The translations under genes were made by a program, and so were the position numbers. Below, piece after piece: positions 8,480 through 19,070 of a DNA stretch of 64,000 nucleotides. Origin of the DNA: Candidatus Cloacimonadales bacterium (GTDB lineage: Bacteria; Cloacimonadota; Cloacimonadia; Cloacimonadales; DAONDQ01); contig OY759316.1 of the NCBI GenBank assembly GCA_963662275.1, positions 512,001-576,000 on the forward strand, written 5' to 3'. The notes below the pieces were generated by a model. The model made no database searches. It saw nothing but the letters and a program-made list of their open reading frames with translations, and was not told where the DNA came from. Position 1 is the stretch's first letter; each line of letters starts with the position of its first letter.

Positions 8480-11215
8480 CTAATCAACCGTAATAGATTT
8501 TGATACATTCTTAGGAACATCAGGATGAACCCCATGTTCCATAATACCTAAGCGGTCAAGATACTGCATTTTCTTCACACTCATCCTGAGAGCCAATAAT
8601 TGCAATACCACGGAAGATGAAAAGACGGTCATCAGACAATCTCCGGTACTGGGAAGAACAATATATCCCCAGCCATAATAAGCGGTTGCATCCGGGGAAG
8701 AGTTGGCATTTTTGCGAAGTTTGTCATTTTCTTCAGCGATAATGAACGTATCTGCTCCCCTGATTTTATGCGTGTTAATTTGTGAAATCGTCAGATTAAT
8801 ATCTCTTTCATCAGGACCAGTGACGTAGATTAGCGGGTAATTGCGGTACAAAGGCTCAAAGAAATCATTTTCAGAGACAATCTGCTTGAAAAGAGAAGTT
8901 GCTTCCTTGGATAGATTGAAGGGGAATGTTCGTGTAAACATATAGCTGCCTAATGCCTTGATGATTCGTCTGGATTCCTGCATGGGAATTCCCTTTTCCA
9001 TCGATCTTTCATCAATCATATCGATAAGAAGACTGAAATTGTTAACGACAGCTTTGATACTCTTCATTCCATACACGGTGTTCTTTCCCAAAATTGTGTT
9101 TGGTCCATGCTTAAACTCAGAGGCTTCACGTCCTTCTGAATGACACAACACCGTTTCCCTGATTTTCAGAGAACCTTCCATCGCAACACCACTGATCTTT
9201 GTTGCCAGGATATGCATCGATGGTTCCATATATACTTTATGAGCAACAGATTCGATTAAATCAGCAGTTGTATCAATCGTTTCCTTCAGTAAAAGAGGAA
9301 TATCATACATGGATTTATACCGCTTCTCCAGGCTATCTTCAAGTTCTTTGATAAGGGACTTATTTGCATTCTGGTTATGAAGACAGTCGATCTTAACTTC
9401 CAAGGAACGAACTGCTAAGTAATAGAATAAAGTTAACTGGTTCATGAAACTCTTGGTTGCCGGTACAGCGATTTCAGGACCGCAGAGTATTGGGATCGCC
9501 ACATCGCTCTTTTCCTGACCAAGTGTGGAATTCATGTTATTTACGAGAACCACTTTGTTGATACTCAGGTCAAGACCATCAAGGTCATCAAAGATATCGA
9601 TGAGGTCTTTTGTTTCACCACTCTGGGAAACTCCAATGATAAGATCATGATCTTTCATTGTATTTGAGTATTCACCACGAAAATCACCTGGTAATATGGG
9701 AATAATTTCAATCCTGGCAATCTCATTGAAGAAGAGAGCTGCCACTTTTGTGGCGTGGAAAGAAGTACCGCAGGCAATCGTATAGGTCAAACGATTATGG
9801 AGAATTGTATCCCGAATCAATTCCAGGAAGTGATCAATACAGCTATTGAAATCACTGACATCAGCGGTTTCCGTGATGGCATCCAGTGCTTTTGCCGTAA
9901 TGAGCTTATTCTTATCAAATTCTTCACCAATCAAATCGATAAAGGTATTCTTCTCGCTAGAGAAGAAGTACTTCTTTTCAAAATTCTCTTTCACAAGTTC
10001 AGCAAAGATACTGTTATATTCATTCTCAACCTTGCCTAAGAAAAACTTGGCGGTATCTGTTTGCATGAATTGATTGAAGACAGATTCACGCTGTTCAAAA
10101 TTCTCTGTATCAAGTATTGCCTGGGTTAGTTCTTCAAGATTCTTCAGTATGCCTTCCTGTTTTAACAAGCTGATCATGTGTTTTCCGGTATTGGAACCAC
10201 CCTGGAATAGCTTAATCAATTTTCCTGTTGACTCAGGCTGGGCATGGATTTCCTGTTCCATGAAATAATCGAATTCAGGCAGGAGCTCAGTATCTTCTGC
10301 ACGTAGTTTTGATCGTACCGGTTTGGATTCGATCATATCACCTTCGTTGTAGGATTCATCCTCTTGATTCAGTTTCTTGAAGCATAATTTCTTTTGGGCA
10401 TAGAGTTGGTAATGATCTGCAACAAACTCTACAAATTCACCCTCCCGCAATTTCACGAGCATTTTTGTAAATCTTAATACAGCCGTGAGATCTGAAGAAG
10501 CTAGACAAAACTGCATTCCTTCAATTTCTCCAACTCCAAAATAGAGACTGCTTCCAGATTTAATAGCATAACTAATCTCTGTTTCAGGGTCAACTACAAC
10601 TGCTGCGTAAGAACCAACAAGCTTTGATGATGCCTGGATAATCGCCTTTCTCATACATTTTCTGCGTATATCATGATTTTTATGATGATCCTTGTGTTCT
10701 TTATCAAGTTCAATATCAAAATAGTGTTCTATGGTATGAACAAGCATTTCACCATCATTATCTGAAAGAACTGTATGTCCTTCGCTCACCAGCCAGGTCT
10801 TTAACTCACGTGTATTGGTGATATTACCGTTATGAGCACCATACATGTGCCTTTTACATTTCACTTCATGAGGCTGGGCATTTGTCTGGGTCACATTTCC
10901 GAAAGTCGCCCATCGTACTTGACCGCAGAATATCTTTCCTTCCTGTTTATCAATTCCCAAGGTTTTAACCAAAGTACTGGGAGCGCCGACATCCTTAAGT
11001 AGAGTAATTTTTTTATTTTCATCCTGGAATGCCGCACCTGTGGAATCATAACCTCTATATTCAAGAGCTTTTAACAAAGTGGAAGCAAATTTGCCCATGT
11101 TGACAGAAGACTTGCTCAAACTTAAACCGAGAACACCACAGCCAATTCCAAATATTGGGATTCGTACCGTGAATGTCATTGAATCAAGAAATCGAATCAG
11201 CTTTTCTCTATTCAT
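8480..11215 (-). CDS. glmS: Atypical, enlarged glutamine--fructose-6-phosphate aminotransferase homolog (Ntn glutaminase + 2 SIS domains)
   Basis: CGVLG at residue 26, EYRGYDSTG, RWAT.G, HNGNI.N, ACGTSFH, SQSGETKD, GPEIAVPATKSF, EGSLKIRE, EFKHGP and C-terminal PKNVSKSITVD. 911 aa versus about 610 typical. Confidence 0.75.
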   Translation of the reverse strand: MNREKLIRFLDSMTFTVRIPIFGIGCGVLGLSLSKSSVNMGKFASTLLKALEYRGYDSTGAAFQDENKKITLLKDVGAPSTLVKTLGIDKQEGKIFCGQVRWATFGNVTQTNAQPHEVKCKRHMYGAHNGNITNTRELKTWLVSEGHTVLSDNDGEMLVHTIEHYFDIELDKEHKDHHKNHDIRRKCMRKAIIQASSKLVGSYAAVVVDPETEISYAIKSGSSLYFGVGEIEGMQFCLASSDLTAVLRFTKMLVKLREGEFVEFVADHYQLYAQKKLCFKKLNQEDESYNEGDMIESKPVRSKLRAEDTELLPEFDYFMEQEIHAQPESTGKLIKLFQGGSNTGKHMISLLKQEGILKNLEELTQAILDTENFEQRESVFNQFMQTDTAKFFLGKVENEYNSIFAELVKENFEKKYFFSSEKNTFIDLIGEEFDKNKLITAKALDAITETADVSDFNSCIDHFLELIRDTILHNRLTYTIACGTSFHATKVAALFFNEIARIEIIPILPGDFRGEYSNTMKDHDLIIGVSQSGETKDLIDIFDDLDGLDLSINKVVLVNNMNSTLGQEKSDVAIPILCGPEIAVPATKSFMNQLTLFYYLAVRSLEVKIDCLHNQNANKSLIKELEDSLEKRYKSMYDIPLLLKETIDTTADLIESVAHKVYMEPSMHILATKISGVAMEGSLKIRETVLCHSEGREASEFKHGPNTILGKNTVYGMKSIKAVVNNFSLLIDMIDERSMEKGIPMQESRRIIKALGSYMFTRTFPFNLSKEATSLFKQIVSENDFFEPLYRNYPLIYVTGPDERDINLTISQINTHKIRGADTFIIAEENDKLRKNANSSPDATAYYGWGYIVLPSTGDCLMTVFSSSVVLQLLALRMSVKKMQYLDRLGIMEHGVHPDVPKNVSKSITVD

Positions 11216-11898
11216 AATCTATCTCCTTTCGAAATGATCAATTCTGCAATTCTGATATCTTCCGGTTCTGTAATTTTAATATTCCATGGAGAGACAACAA
11301 GGGCAAACACAGGAATGTCGAAGAATTCTAATATGGAAGCATCATCTGTAAATTGCAAATTTAAATTCTGTATTTTATCATGACAGGATTTCAGGATATC
11401 ATAAGCAAAGACTTGGGGTGTAAATACTTGATATAAGTCTTTCCTGGGTACAGTCCCTATCACTTTTCCATCAATTACTGTCTTTAAAGTATGATTCTCA
11501 GGACTAACCGGAACTACAGCTTTTTTCTCATAAGCAAGATTGAGCATTCTCGAGATGTCCTGCTTCGATATGAATGGTCTTACACCATCATGTACAAGAA
11601 CATATTCAGTGTCAGATGGACATAGTTGAAGTGCATTATAGACTGAATTCTGACGTTCCTGTCCACCTGCAATGCATCTAATCCTATCAGAGGCAAACTC
11701 AGTTGAGATAGCCTCTTGCATACTTTCGAGATCATCAGGGGGGAGAGTGATAATAATTTGATGAATCTCAGGATGATGCAGGAAAGGATCTAACGTCCAA
11801 AATAACAAGGGGCGACCGGATATACTGATATATTGTTTTTTTATTGTACCTGGTAAGCGTTTTCCTGCACCTGCGGCTGTTATGATTGCAACATTCAT
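11212..11898 (-). CDS. ispD: 2-C-methyl-D-erythritol 4-phosphate cytidylyltransferase
   Basis: AAGAGKRL...KQY, GGQERQNSV, VHDGVRPF, TPQVF, TDDAS and NIKIT motifs. Confidence 0.93.
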   Translation of the reverse strand: MNVAIITAAGAGKRLPGTIKKQYISISGRPLLFWTLDPFLHHPEIHQIIITLPPDDLESMQEAISTEFASDRIRCIAGGQERQNSVYNALQLCPSDTEYVLVHDGVRPFISKQDISRMLNLAYEKKAVVPVSPENHTLKTVIDGKVIGTVPRKDLYQVFTPQVFAYDILKSCHDKIQNLNLQFTDDASILEFFDIPVFALVVSPWNIKITEPEDIRIAELIISKGDRL

Positions 11899-12902
11899 GA
11901 TCTATCTGTCTTCCGAATTCGGTAGAAGATACCCCGTGTAAGTGTTTCAGATTCAAGGATACATTCTTCACACATTTCATTGAGAACCAGGTTAATTTCC
12001 TTCTCGTTATAGGAAAGAAACCCAACAATATCTTCTAAAGTGGATGGACGCCTCGCCAGGAGAGTCAGTATTTTCTCCTTTAAGTCACCTGTATGTAATT
12101 CAGATTGATGATTTTCTTTTGATTTTGCAATAATGTTCACAATGGTTTTATACTGCATTTTATTCAATTCTGAAGTATCAGGTTGTAATTGTGATGCTAT
12201 TTCATGAAGACGATTTCGATCTTCCGGTTCTACCCAATCTTCTGTTCCAGGTCTATCCAGAGAATTCAGTTGTACTTGGTCGGGTTGGATACGAAGTATG
12301 GCATCCCTGAACAGTTGTATCTCCTTTTCTGTATCATTGATACCAGGAACGATGAAAATCTCTAACCACATCAGTTGTTTGTATCGTTTTCGTAAGGCGA
12401 CTAAACCATCAATCATTGAAGCAGCGGAGATACCTGGGCAAGGTCGGTTAATTTGTTGGAATACATCTTCTGATACAGCATCAAGTGAAGGTAGGATAAC
12501 ATCTGCAGATAAGACATCCATAATAACTTGAGGATTCCTGAACATCGTACTATTAGTGATCAGACAAATCTTATATTGGGGATACTTTTCTTTGATATAT
12601 TGAATCAGTTCACCTAAACGACTGAACAATGTTGGTTCACCGGCACCGGAAAAGGTAATAAAATCTAAATGTGGGAGTGATTGAAGATAATCATCCAACT
12701 CAAGCAGGAGATCGCCAAATTTTACATATTCCAAGCGTGCTTCAGTGAAGTTGGTTGTAACACCGGCTTCACAGTAAATACAATTCAAAGAACATGTCTT
12801 TGGTGGAACAAGGTCAACCCCAAGAGATATACCTAATCTTCGTGAGTTGACAGGACCGAATAAATGTTTATAGTTCATGCTAAAATCCTGTTTTGCATAC
12901 AA
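11895..12902 (-). CDS. Radical SAM Fe-S oxidoreductase (COG0731-like) with C-terminal HTH-like tail
   Basis: FGPVNSRRLGISLGVDL, CSLNCIYCE, FSGAGEPTL and PSLDAVS motifs. Confidence 0.85.
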   Translation of the reverse strand: MYAKQDFSMNYKHLFGPVNSRRLGISLGVDLVPPKTCSLNCIYCEAGVTTNFTEARLEYVKFGDLLLELDDYLQSLPHLDFITFSGAGEPTLFSRLGELIQYIKEKYPQYKICLITNSTMFRNPQVIMDVLSADVILPSLDAVSEDVFQQINRPCPGISAASMIDGLVALRKRYKQLMWLEIFIVPGINDTEKEIQLFRDAILRIQPDQVQLNSLDRPGTEDWVEPEDRNRLHEIASQLQPDTSELNKMQYKTIVNIIAKSKENHQSELHTGDLKEKILTLLARRPSTLEDIVGFLSYNEKEINLVLNEMCEECILESETLTRGIFYRIRKTDRS

Positions 12903-12942
12903 TAAGCATGTGTCAGATCACCAGTACACGATTTTTCAAATA

Positions 12943-15177
12943 TTAAAATGTAGTACCGAATTGAAAATGAGGTTCCCAAGTATGCTTATCCAGGGCATAA
13001 GCATAATCAAAACCAATCAATCCAAAGGGGCTGCGGATACGAACTCCAGGTCCAATACCTTTCTTAAATAACAGAAAATTGACATCTTTCAAAGAAATAT
13101 AGCTGTTTCCGGCATCGAAGAACAACAGACCGGTTACGGTATCACCACCGATGGGATATGCCAATTCGGAAGAGAAAATGACAGCGCGTGTTCCGCCATC
13201 TGATGGTCCAATTGAACGATCAGCATATCCGCGTATACCATCCAAGCCTGTACCGCCTAAATAAAATCTTTCGTCAGGAGGTACTTCCTTTGTTCCAGCG
13301 AATGCTCTCACAAAGCTGGCACGCCATTTTGCCCTTAATGCTAATTTCATATAGGTTTGTGTATACCAGTTAACTTGCGCGATTTCCTTCATATAATTGA
13401 AATCACCACCAAAAGGACCACCGGCAACTTCTGTGTAAAATGTGATTTGTGAACCGGAAGTTGGGAAGAAGACATTATCTCGTGTATCCCTTGAATAAGT
13501 AAGAGAACCTGAACTGGTGTGTGTCCATCCTAATTTATCCAAGGCAATCAAATTTTGATTGGATACGGAATCTATCGATGACCAGTCGTTAATTCGATAT
13601 TTCTTTGTGTAATAGGAATAACTGCCGACGATTCGTGAGCGGTTGATTTGGTAAAGTGGAAAACCTAATCGAATAGATGCACCTTGGGTTGCTACTTCAT
13701 AATAGAAAGATGTCCATTCCTTTCTCGTGTTATATAAATTGAAACCGAAGAGCATATCACTATCATAGAGATTTGGATTCGTAAAATCATATTCGAAATT
13801 CTGCGTCGTTCCCCCAAATTCCCATTTAATACTCGTAGACCAGTTATTACCAAAGAGATTGTTTTGAGATACGCTGAATTGACCTACAAATTTATCTGTG
13901 CTATTATAACCAACACCGCCATTCGCAGTTCCGGAAGCTTTGTCTTTGACATTTACCGTTAAATCGATATCTCCATTATTATTGATTGGTTTATAAGATG
14001 GAACCATATCAGGTTCGAAGAAACCCAGGTTATAAATGTTCTGCTGAGACCTGATTACACGTGATTGCTGGAAATAATCACCTGGGGCAATCTCTAATTG
14101 TCTTCTCAGGACTTTTTCCTTTGTTTTCAAGTTTCCTGTAAGTAGTATTTTATGAATCTTGGCACGAGTGTTTTCAGTGATATTCAGATTGATATTTACT
14201 TTATCTCCGACTTTCTCAATTTCATGATCAAATTGAGAATAGATGTAGCCTTCTTCATAATAGAGCGAGGATACTGTCTGAAGCTGTTTGTCAAATTTCT
14301 CTAAGTTAAATACGTCATTTTCCTTGAACTTGAATTTGCTTTTTATCATTTCATCAGTAAAACGAATGTTGCCATGAACTTTTATCACACCAAATTTATA
14401 CTTCTGACCTTCAAATATGTTAATCTCGACTTGCATGTATTTCTGGTCAAGCTGGACCGTGTCCGCTGATACAATATGAGCATCGATATAACCTAAAGTA
14501 TTGTAATATTTAACGATATTATCCAAATCTGTATCCAGTTTTTCCTGTTCATATCGACCGGAGCGGAGCAGATTTGCCGATTTGGTTTTCATCTTCTTGA
14601 ACAGGTTTTTCGATGTTACTTCCTCGTTACCTCGAAAGACGATATGCTTGATCACAACTTTCTCACCTTCATGAACCAGGAGCGTGATATCTACTTTATT
14701 ACTAGGCAACGGATTTTCCTTGAACTTAACATTGGCTAGATTATACCCTTTTTTGACATAATCTGCAACTATCTTTGCCCGTGCTTGAGATGCGAGGAAT
14801 GGTGAATAATAGCTTCCCTTCTTCAAAGTGATCATGTCTTCTAATTTGGAATCTTTTCCTACCTTGTTCCCTGAGAATTCAACACTATTCACAATCGGAT
14901 ATTCCTTCACCTTCACAATCAATATGATCCCATCCTTATAAGGTTCGGAATCTAAAGAAACATCATCAAAAACACTCAAGTTATATAAATCTTTAATGGT
15001 CTTTGCTACAGCATCTTGAGAGACTGCATCTCCCACACCAATTGACATCGAAGAGATGATCAATGACTTCTGAACATTCTGATTTCCAACGATACGTATT
15101 TCATAAATTGTCTCATTTTCTGCCCAAAGAAAACAGGTGGCTAGCAGGATGATGATCATAATGATCCAACGGGGCAT
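12943..15177 (-). CDS. bamA: Outer membrane protein assembly factor BamA
   Basis: Signal peptide, POTRA repeats (I..I...GN), NLFG, FYLGG...IRGY, LFFDAGN, SPFGLIGFDYA and a C-terminal Phe. Confidence 0.93.
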   Translation of the reverse strand: MPRWIIMIIILLATCFLWAENETIYEIRIVGNQNVQKSLIISSMSIGVGDAVSQDAVAKTIKDLYNLSVFDDVSLDSEPYKDGIILIVKVKEYPIVNSVEFSGNKVGKDSKLEDMITLKKGSYYSPFLASQARAKIVADYVKKGYNLANVKFKENPLPSNKVDITLLVHEGEKVVIKHIVFRGNEEVTSKNLFKKMKTKSANLLRSGRYEQEKLDTDLDNIVKYYNTLGYIDAHIVSADTVQLDQKYMQVEINIFEGQKYKFGVIKVHGNIRFTDEMIKSKFKFKENDVFNLEKFDKQLQTVSSLYYEEGYIYSQFDHEIEKVGDKVNINLNITENTRAKIHKILLTGNLKTKEKVLRRQLEIAPGDYFQQSRVIRSQQNIYNLGFFEPDMVPSYKPINNNGDIDLTVNVKDKASGTANGGVGYNSTDKFVGQFSVSQNNLFGNNWSTSIKWEFGGTTQNFEYDFTNPNLYDSDMLFGFNLYNTRKEWTSFYYEVATQGASIRLGFPLYQINRSRIVGSYSYYTKKYRINDWSSIDSVSNQNLIALDKLGWTHTSSGSLTYSRDTRDNVFFPTSGSQITFYTEVAGGPFGGDFNYMKEIAQVNWYTQTYMKLALRAKWRASFVRAFAGTKEVPPDERFYLGGTGLDGIRGYADRSIGPSDGGTRAVIFSSELAYPIGGDTVTGLLFFDAGNSYISLKDVNFLLFKKGIGPGVRIRSPFGLIGFDYAYALDKHTWEPHFQFGTTF

Positions 15178-15480
15178 ATTTCCTCCATGAAACGAACGAG
15201 TCAGCTACAATTTTTTCAGTATCTGCAAAGGGAAGGGATATACAATTTCCCATACTTAACAATCTTAGACTAAATGTGTAGGAACATATAATTCGTAAAG
15301 AATTTTTTCAGGATATTCATAGGAAACGTGATATATATCCTTATCAGCTTTCATAGTGAGTTCCTATATTGATGGAAAAAGAAAATTTGTTTCTCCTGTT
15401 ATTCATAATATTATATCTCTGGAATGATGCATAGAGTTAACCGAATCAACTGCGAATAAATATAAAAAGGGTCTGATTAC

Positions 15481-15509
15481 AAGGGCAACCATTTAAGGTT
15501 GCCCTTTTT
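15481..15509 (+). terminator. Intrinsic terminator-like hairpin in a divergent intergenic region
   Basis: AAGGGCAACC-ATTTAA-GGTTGCCCTT followed by T/C-rich tract. Confidence 0.55.
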
Positions 15510-15601
15510 CTCTTCTCAACAGCTTTTACGTTATAAATTTCTTGCTAGATTCGAATTGCTAAGGAGACTTGATTCTACTTCAGATGAGGGTGGTATAATT
15601 C

Positions 15602-18505
15602 ATGAAAATAAAACACATTTACTTGATATTTCTAATCAACCTAGGCTTATTCAGTATCGCTTGGGCACATCCCAAATTCTATCAACCTCAATCTTTACCT
15701 TCCTATGAAGAAAGTTGTGAACGTGCTGATTCCCTGCATGGCTTTGATGTTCAAAAATATACTATCACATTGAATATCAACGATACATCACATTATATTT
15801 CGGGGAACGTTGTTGCTGATGTCCGTGCAACTTCCAATCTCGATGCTATTGATTATAACCTTGTCGGATTGAATGTCACCCAAGTCCTGGTCAATGACTT
15901 GGCAAACGCATATACAGTGGCAAATGGATTAGTTCATATCCCTCTCAGCGGAATATCCAATGACATGAATTTTACAACCAAAGTGGTATATTCCGGTACA
16001 CCTTCACTCAGCCCGACGATTTATCAAATTGGCATAATCTTCTCTTCTACAATGGTATTCACTCTTTCTGATCCTGATGCCAGCAGGAATTGGTGGCCCT
16101 GTTATGACCACCCTTGGGATAAGGCTGTTATTGACCTTCATATTACGATGCGAAGTGATTGGCTGGTGGCTTGCAATGGCATTCGCGATTCTATCATTGA
16201 TAATGGTGATGGCACAAAGACAACCAACTGGCTTGGTTCCAACCCTATGATTCCATATTTGGCATGTATAACAGCATCTAATTATCGTGAAATTAACCAA
16301 AACTATGGGACTATTCCCATCATGAATTTTGTCTCCAATGCCCAATATAACAATGCTGTCGCAGATTTTGCCAGCCTGCCTGCAATGATGAGTGTCTTTT
16401 CTCAGAAATATGGTAATTATCCCTTTGAAAAATATGGAAATGCTGTCGTCAATATGACCACTTTTGGAGCCATGGAACACCAGACGATGACGACAATGGG
16501 CAGCAGTTTCATCACAGGAAATCAATCCGGTCAATACACGATTGCCCATGAGTTAGCTCACAGTTGGTATGGAAACTGCCTTTCTCCCCTGACATTCAGG
16601 GATGTCTGGCTATCGGAAGGATTTGCTACGTATTCCGAAGCAGTATGGGAAGAAAGCCAACGTGGTTTTGGTTCAATGAGTAACTATATTGAATCACAAT
16701 TCCATAGTGTGTATTTAAACTGGGAGTCGGTTTCCAGTCCCCGTACGATATACAATCCTTCATTCAATAATTATTTCAGTCCACCTTCTTATGAAAAATC
16801 AGCTTCTGTTCTTCACATGCTGAGACTGCAAGTAGGTAATGCCAATTTCTGGAATATCATGCAGACCTGGTTTAGCAGTCATCATAACGGAAATGTTACT
16901 ACAGAGGAATTTGAAGCTCTTTGCGAATCTATCAGCGGACAGGATTTGCACCAGTTCTTCCAGCAATGGATCTATTCAGCAGGGATTCCTTCTATACAAT
17001 ATGCTTATTTTTTTGGACCGGCGGATTTCGAAAATATGCGAGTACCAGTGAAGATATTTGCAAAAACCACATGTCTATCGGGTGGAGAGTTCTATATGAA
17101 ACTCCCCATGTTGTTTGATGCCTATGATATAACCGATTCATTAGTTGTCGATGCTGTTCCAAATCCAGTGAATCCTCCTACTCAAATGATATCATATAGT
17201 GCGAATAATTCATGGTTTGATGTGGATATTAATCATTGGACACTAAATCGTGGTCTAACTCAAATGATGCCTTCCACACCACAGGTATTTCCTTCAAATA
17301 ATAGCGTCTATGTGTCTTGGCAGCCATTCTGGTCACAAGTACCGAATATCCGCTACAACATTTATCGCGTACAGGAAGGTGATTTGATTATTCGCAAGAT
17401 TCATACGACAGGAATCAATGAAACATATTACCTGGATACAACTGCTCAGAATGGGCAAAGCTATCAATACAGGATTACAGCCTTGTATAATAACGTGTAT
17501 GAATCGAATTATACGCAATGGGTTACAGCCATCCCTACCGACTTTGCCATGGACCAGGGACTGCTTGTTATTGATGAAACCCGTGATGGTGCAGGTACTG
17601 CCATTTCTCCAACGGATGTTACGGTTGATGATTTCTATAATTCTGTTTTAAGCATCGTTACTCATACGAACTATGACATAAATACTTCCGGCACACCTGC
17701 CTTGGAATTACTCAGTCATTATTCTACAGTGCTTTATCATGATGATGATTTCAGCAGTCATTCCATCCAGAATATAACCGATATTCTTGGAAGCTATGTG
17801 ATTGGAGGTGGAAACCTGATCATATCCGGTTGGAAAACTGCCGGGCAAATTCCCCAATCCTTCCTGGATATCTTTTTTCCTGGTATCCAAGTGAATTATG
17901 ATGGAACAGCAGATTTCATCTCTGCTCAATCTTCGACCTACCCCAGTTTGGTTCTCAATCCTGTTAAACTATCAAGTGTTTGGAATGGACATTTAAGTAT
18001 GGTGGAGACATTCACCAATATAACGAATCCAATTTATACCGGTAATTTCGTAGAAGGCAGTACATTCCAGGGACAGGCAATGGTAATTCAAACTGAACAA
18101 AATGGTCATCTTATCCTCTTGGGTTTTCCTCTATTTGTCATGATGAATGATGGAGTACAAGGTTTTCTAAATCAACTTCTCATGGAAATTGACCCCGCTG
18201 TTTCCAACAACGATATCTCTCAACCACAATTTACGGCTTCTCTCTCCATATACCCAAATCCTTTTTGCAGTAGCGCTTCAATTAAATATTCAACTCCAAA
18301 AGAGGGAAGGATAGAGATTTCTGTCTATAACCTTCGTGGCCAGAAAGTGAAAACCCTACTGAATGGAGATTCTCGTTACGGTATCAACACTCTTTCCTGG
18401 AAGGGACTGGATGATAATGGTAACCAGGTTGCAACAGGTATCTATTTCTGCAAAATGATAGTAAATGGGCAAAAACTCACGAAAAGAATGTTATTCATTA
18501 AGTAG
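15602..18505 (+). CDS. Secreted M1-family zinc aminopeptidase with FnIII-like region and C-terminal T9SS-type sorting domain
   Basis: Signal peptide, GAMEHQ, HELAH-x18-E (WLSEGFATY), YEKSASVLHMLR and C-terminal YPNPF...VYNLRGQKVK...TGIYFCK. Confidence 0.9.
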   Translation: MKIKHIYLIFLINLGLFSIAWAHPKFYQPQSLPSYEESCERADSLHGFDVQKYTITLNINDTSHYISGNVVADVRATSNLDAIDYNLVGLNVTQVLVNDLANAYTVANGLVHIPLSGISNDMNFTTKVVYSGTPSLSPTIYQIGIIFSSTMVFTLSDPDASRNWWPCYDHPWDKAVIDLHITMRSDWLVACNGIRDSIIDNGDGTKTTNWLGSNPMIPYLACITASNYREINQNYGTIPIMNFVSNAQYNNAVADFASLPAMMSVFSQKYGNYPFEKYGNAVVNMTTFGAMEHQTMTTMGSSFITGNQSGQYTIAHELAHSWYGNCLSPLTFRDVWLSEGFATYSEAVWEESQRGFGSMSNYIESQFHSVYLNWESVSSPRTIYNPSFNNYFSPPSYEKSASVLHMLRLQVGNANFWNIMQTWFSSHHNGNVTTEEFEALCESISGQDLHQFFQQWIYSAGIPSIQYAYFFGPADFENMRVPVKIFAKTTCLSGGEFYMKLPMLFDAYDITDSLVVDAVPNPVNPPTQMISYSANNSWFDVDINHWTLNRGLTQMMPSTPQVFPSNNSVYVSWQPFWSQVPNIRYNIYRVQEGDLIIRKIHTTGINETYYLDTTAQNGQSYQYRITALYNNVYESNYTQWVTAIPTDFAMDQGLLVIDETRDGAGTAISPTDVTVDDFYNSVLSIVTHTNYDINTSGTPALELLSHYSTVLYHDDDFSSHSIQNITDILGSYVIGGGNLIISGWKTAGQIPQSFLDIFFPGIQVNYDGTADFISAQSSTYPSLVLNPVKLSSVWNGHLSMVETFTNITNPIYTGNFVEGSTFQGQAMVIQTEQNGHLILLGFPLFVMMNDGVQGFLNQLLMEIDPAVSNNDISQPQFTASLSIYPNPFCSSASIKYSTPKEGRIEISVYNLRGQKVKTLLNGDSRYGINTLSWKGLDDNGNQVATGIYFCKMIVNGQKLTKRMLFIK

Positions 18506-18970
18506 CCACCACTTCAGTGAGTATTCCGTAGCAACAACTTCAGTCGTTGGATCAACTGCTTCAGCAGTTATAATGTTTTAACATTATCTGACATCTGGTG
18601 GTTTCCCCATTTAAATGGGCTGATTTGATGCACAAAGATCGGCATCTTACTTCAGAAGAAAGACAAGGGAAATTCGACTGGAACATAAAGCAACAATGAA
18701 CCAGCCCTAAGTACACATTGAACGAAACACTGTATAATTGCTATATCATTACGGTAGCATTACGGTTTTTTACCGTAATGCTACCGTATTGCTACCGTAT
18801 TGGTACCGTAGTGCTCTTAGGGACGTCAGCCCCTACTGTTAGATTTTCCCCATCGAAATGCCGATGAAGAGAATACGTCCTCTAAAAGAGCACGTAGCAC
18901 CATCAGATAGATAGCGCCCCAGAAACAGCTATGAAATTAACAAAACGTGATAGACTAAAGTGAAAATGGA
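18502..18970. repeat. Mosaic REP-like array between M1 peptidase and FG-GAP copy 2
   Basis: GTAG hairpins at 18502, 18528 and 18895; ATAATGTTTTAACATTAT palindrome; CCCATTTAAATGGG; embedded 80-bp 11-mer element. Confidence 0.8.
18737..18816. repeat. 80-bp element built from inverted 11-bp units (TACGGTAGCAT), copy 1
   Basis: Reverse complement of 54323-54402 with 2 mismatches. Confidence 0.9.
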
Positions 18971-19070
18971 TAATATCCGGCAAGATACTGGATAAAACTT
19001 GCTATGGAATGAAAATTACGTGTGAATATTATATTTTATATTCTGTGGGTTGTAGAAATAAGGAGTACCA

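Noticed and set aside
11216..11400. glmS ribozyme upstream of the glmS-like gene
   Set aside because: The gene is translationally coupled to ispD with no leader region, and no ribozyme core is seen.
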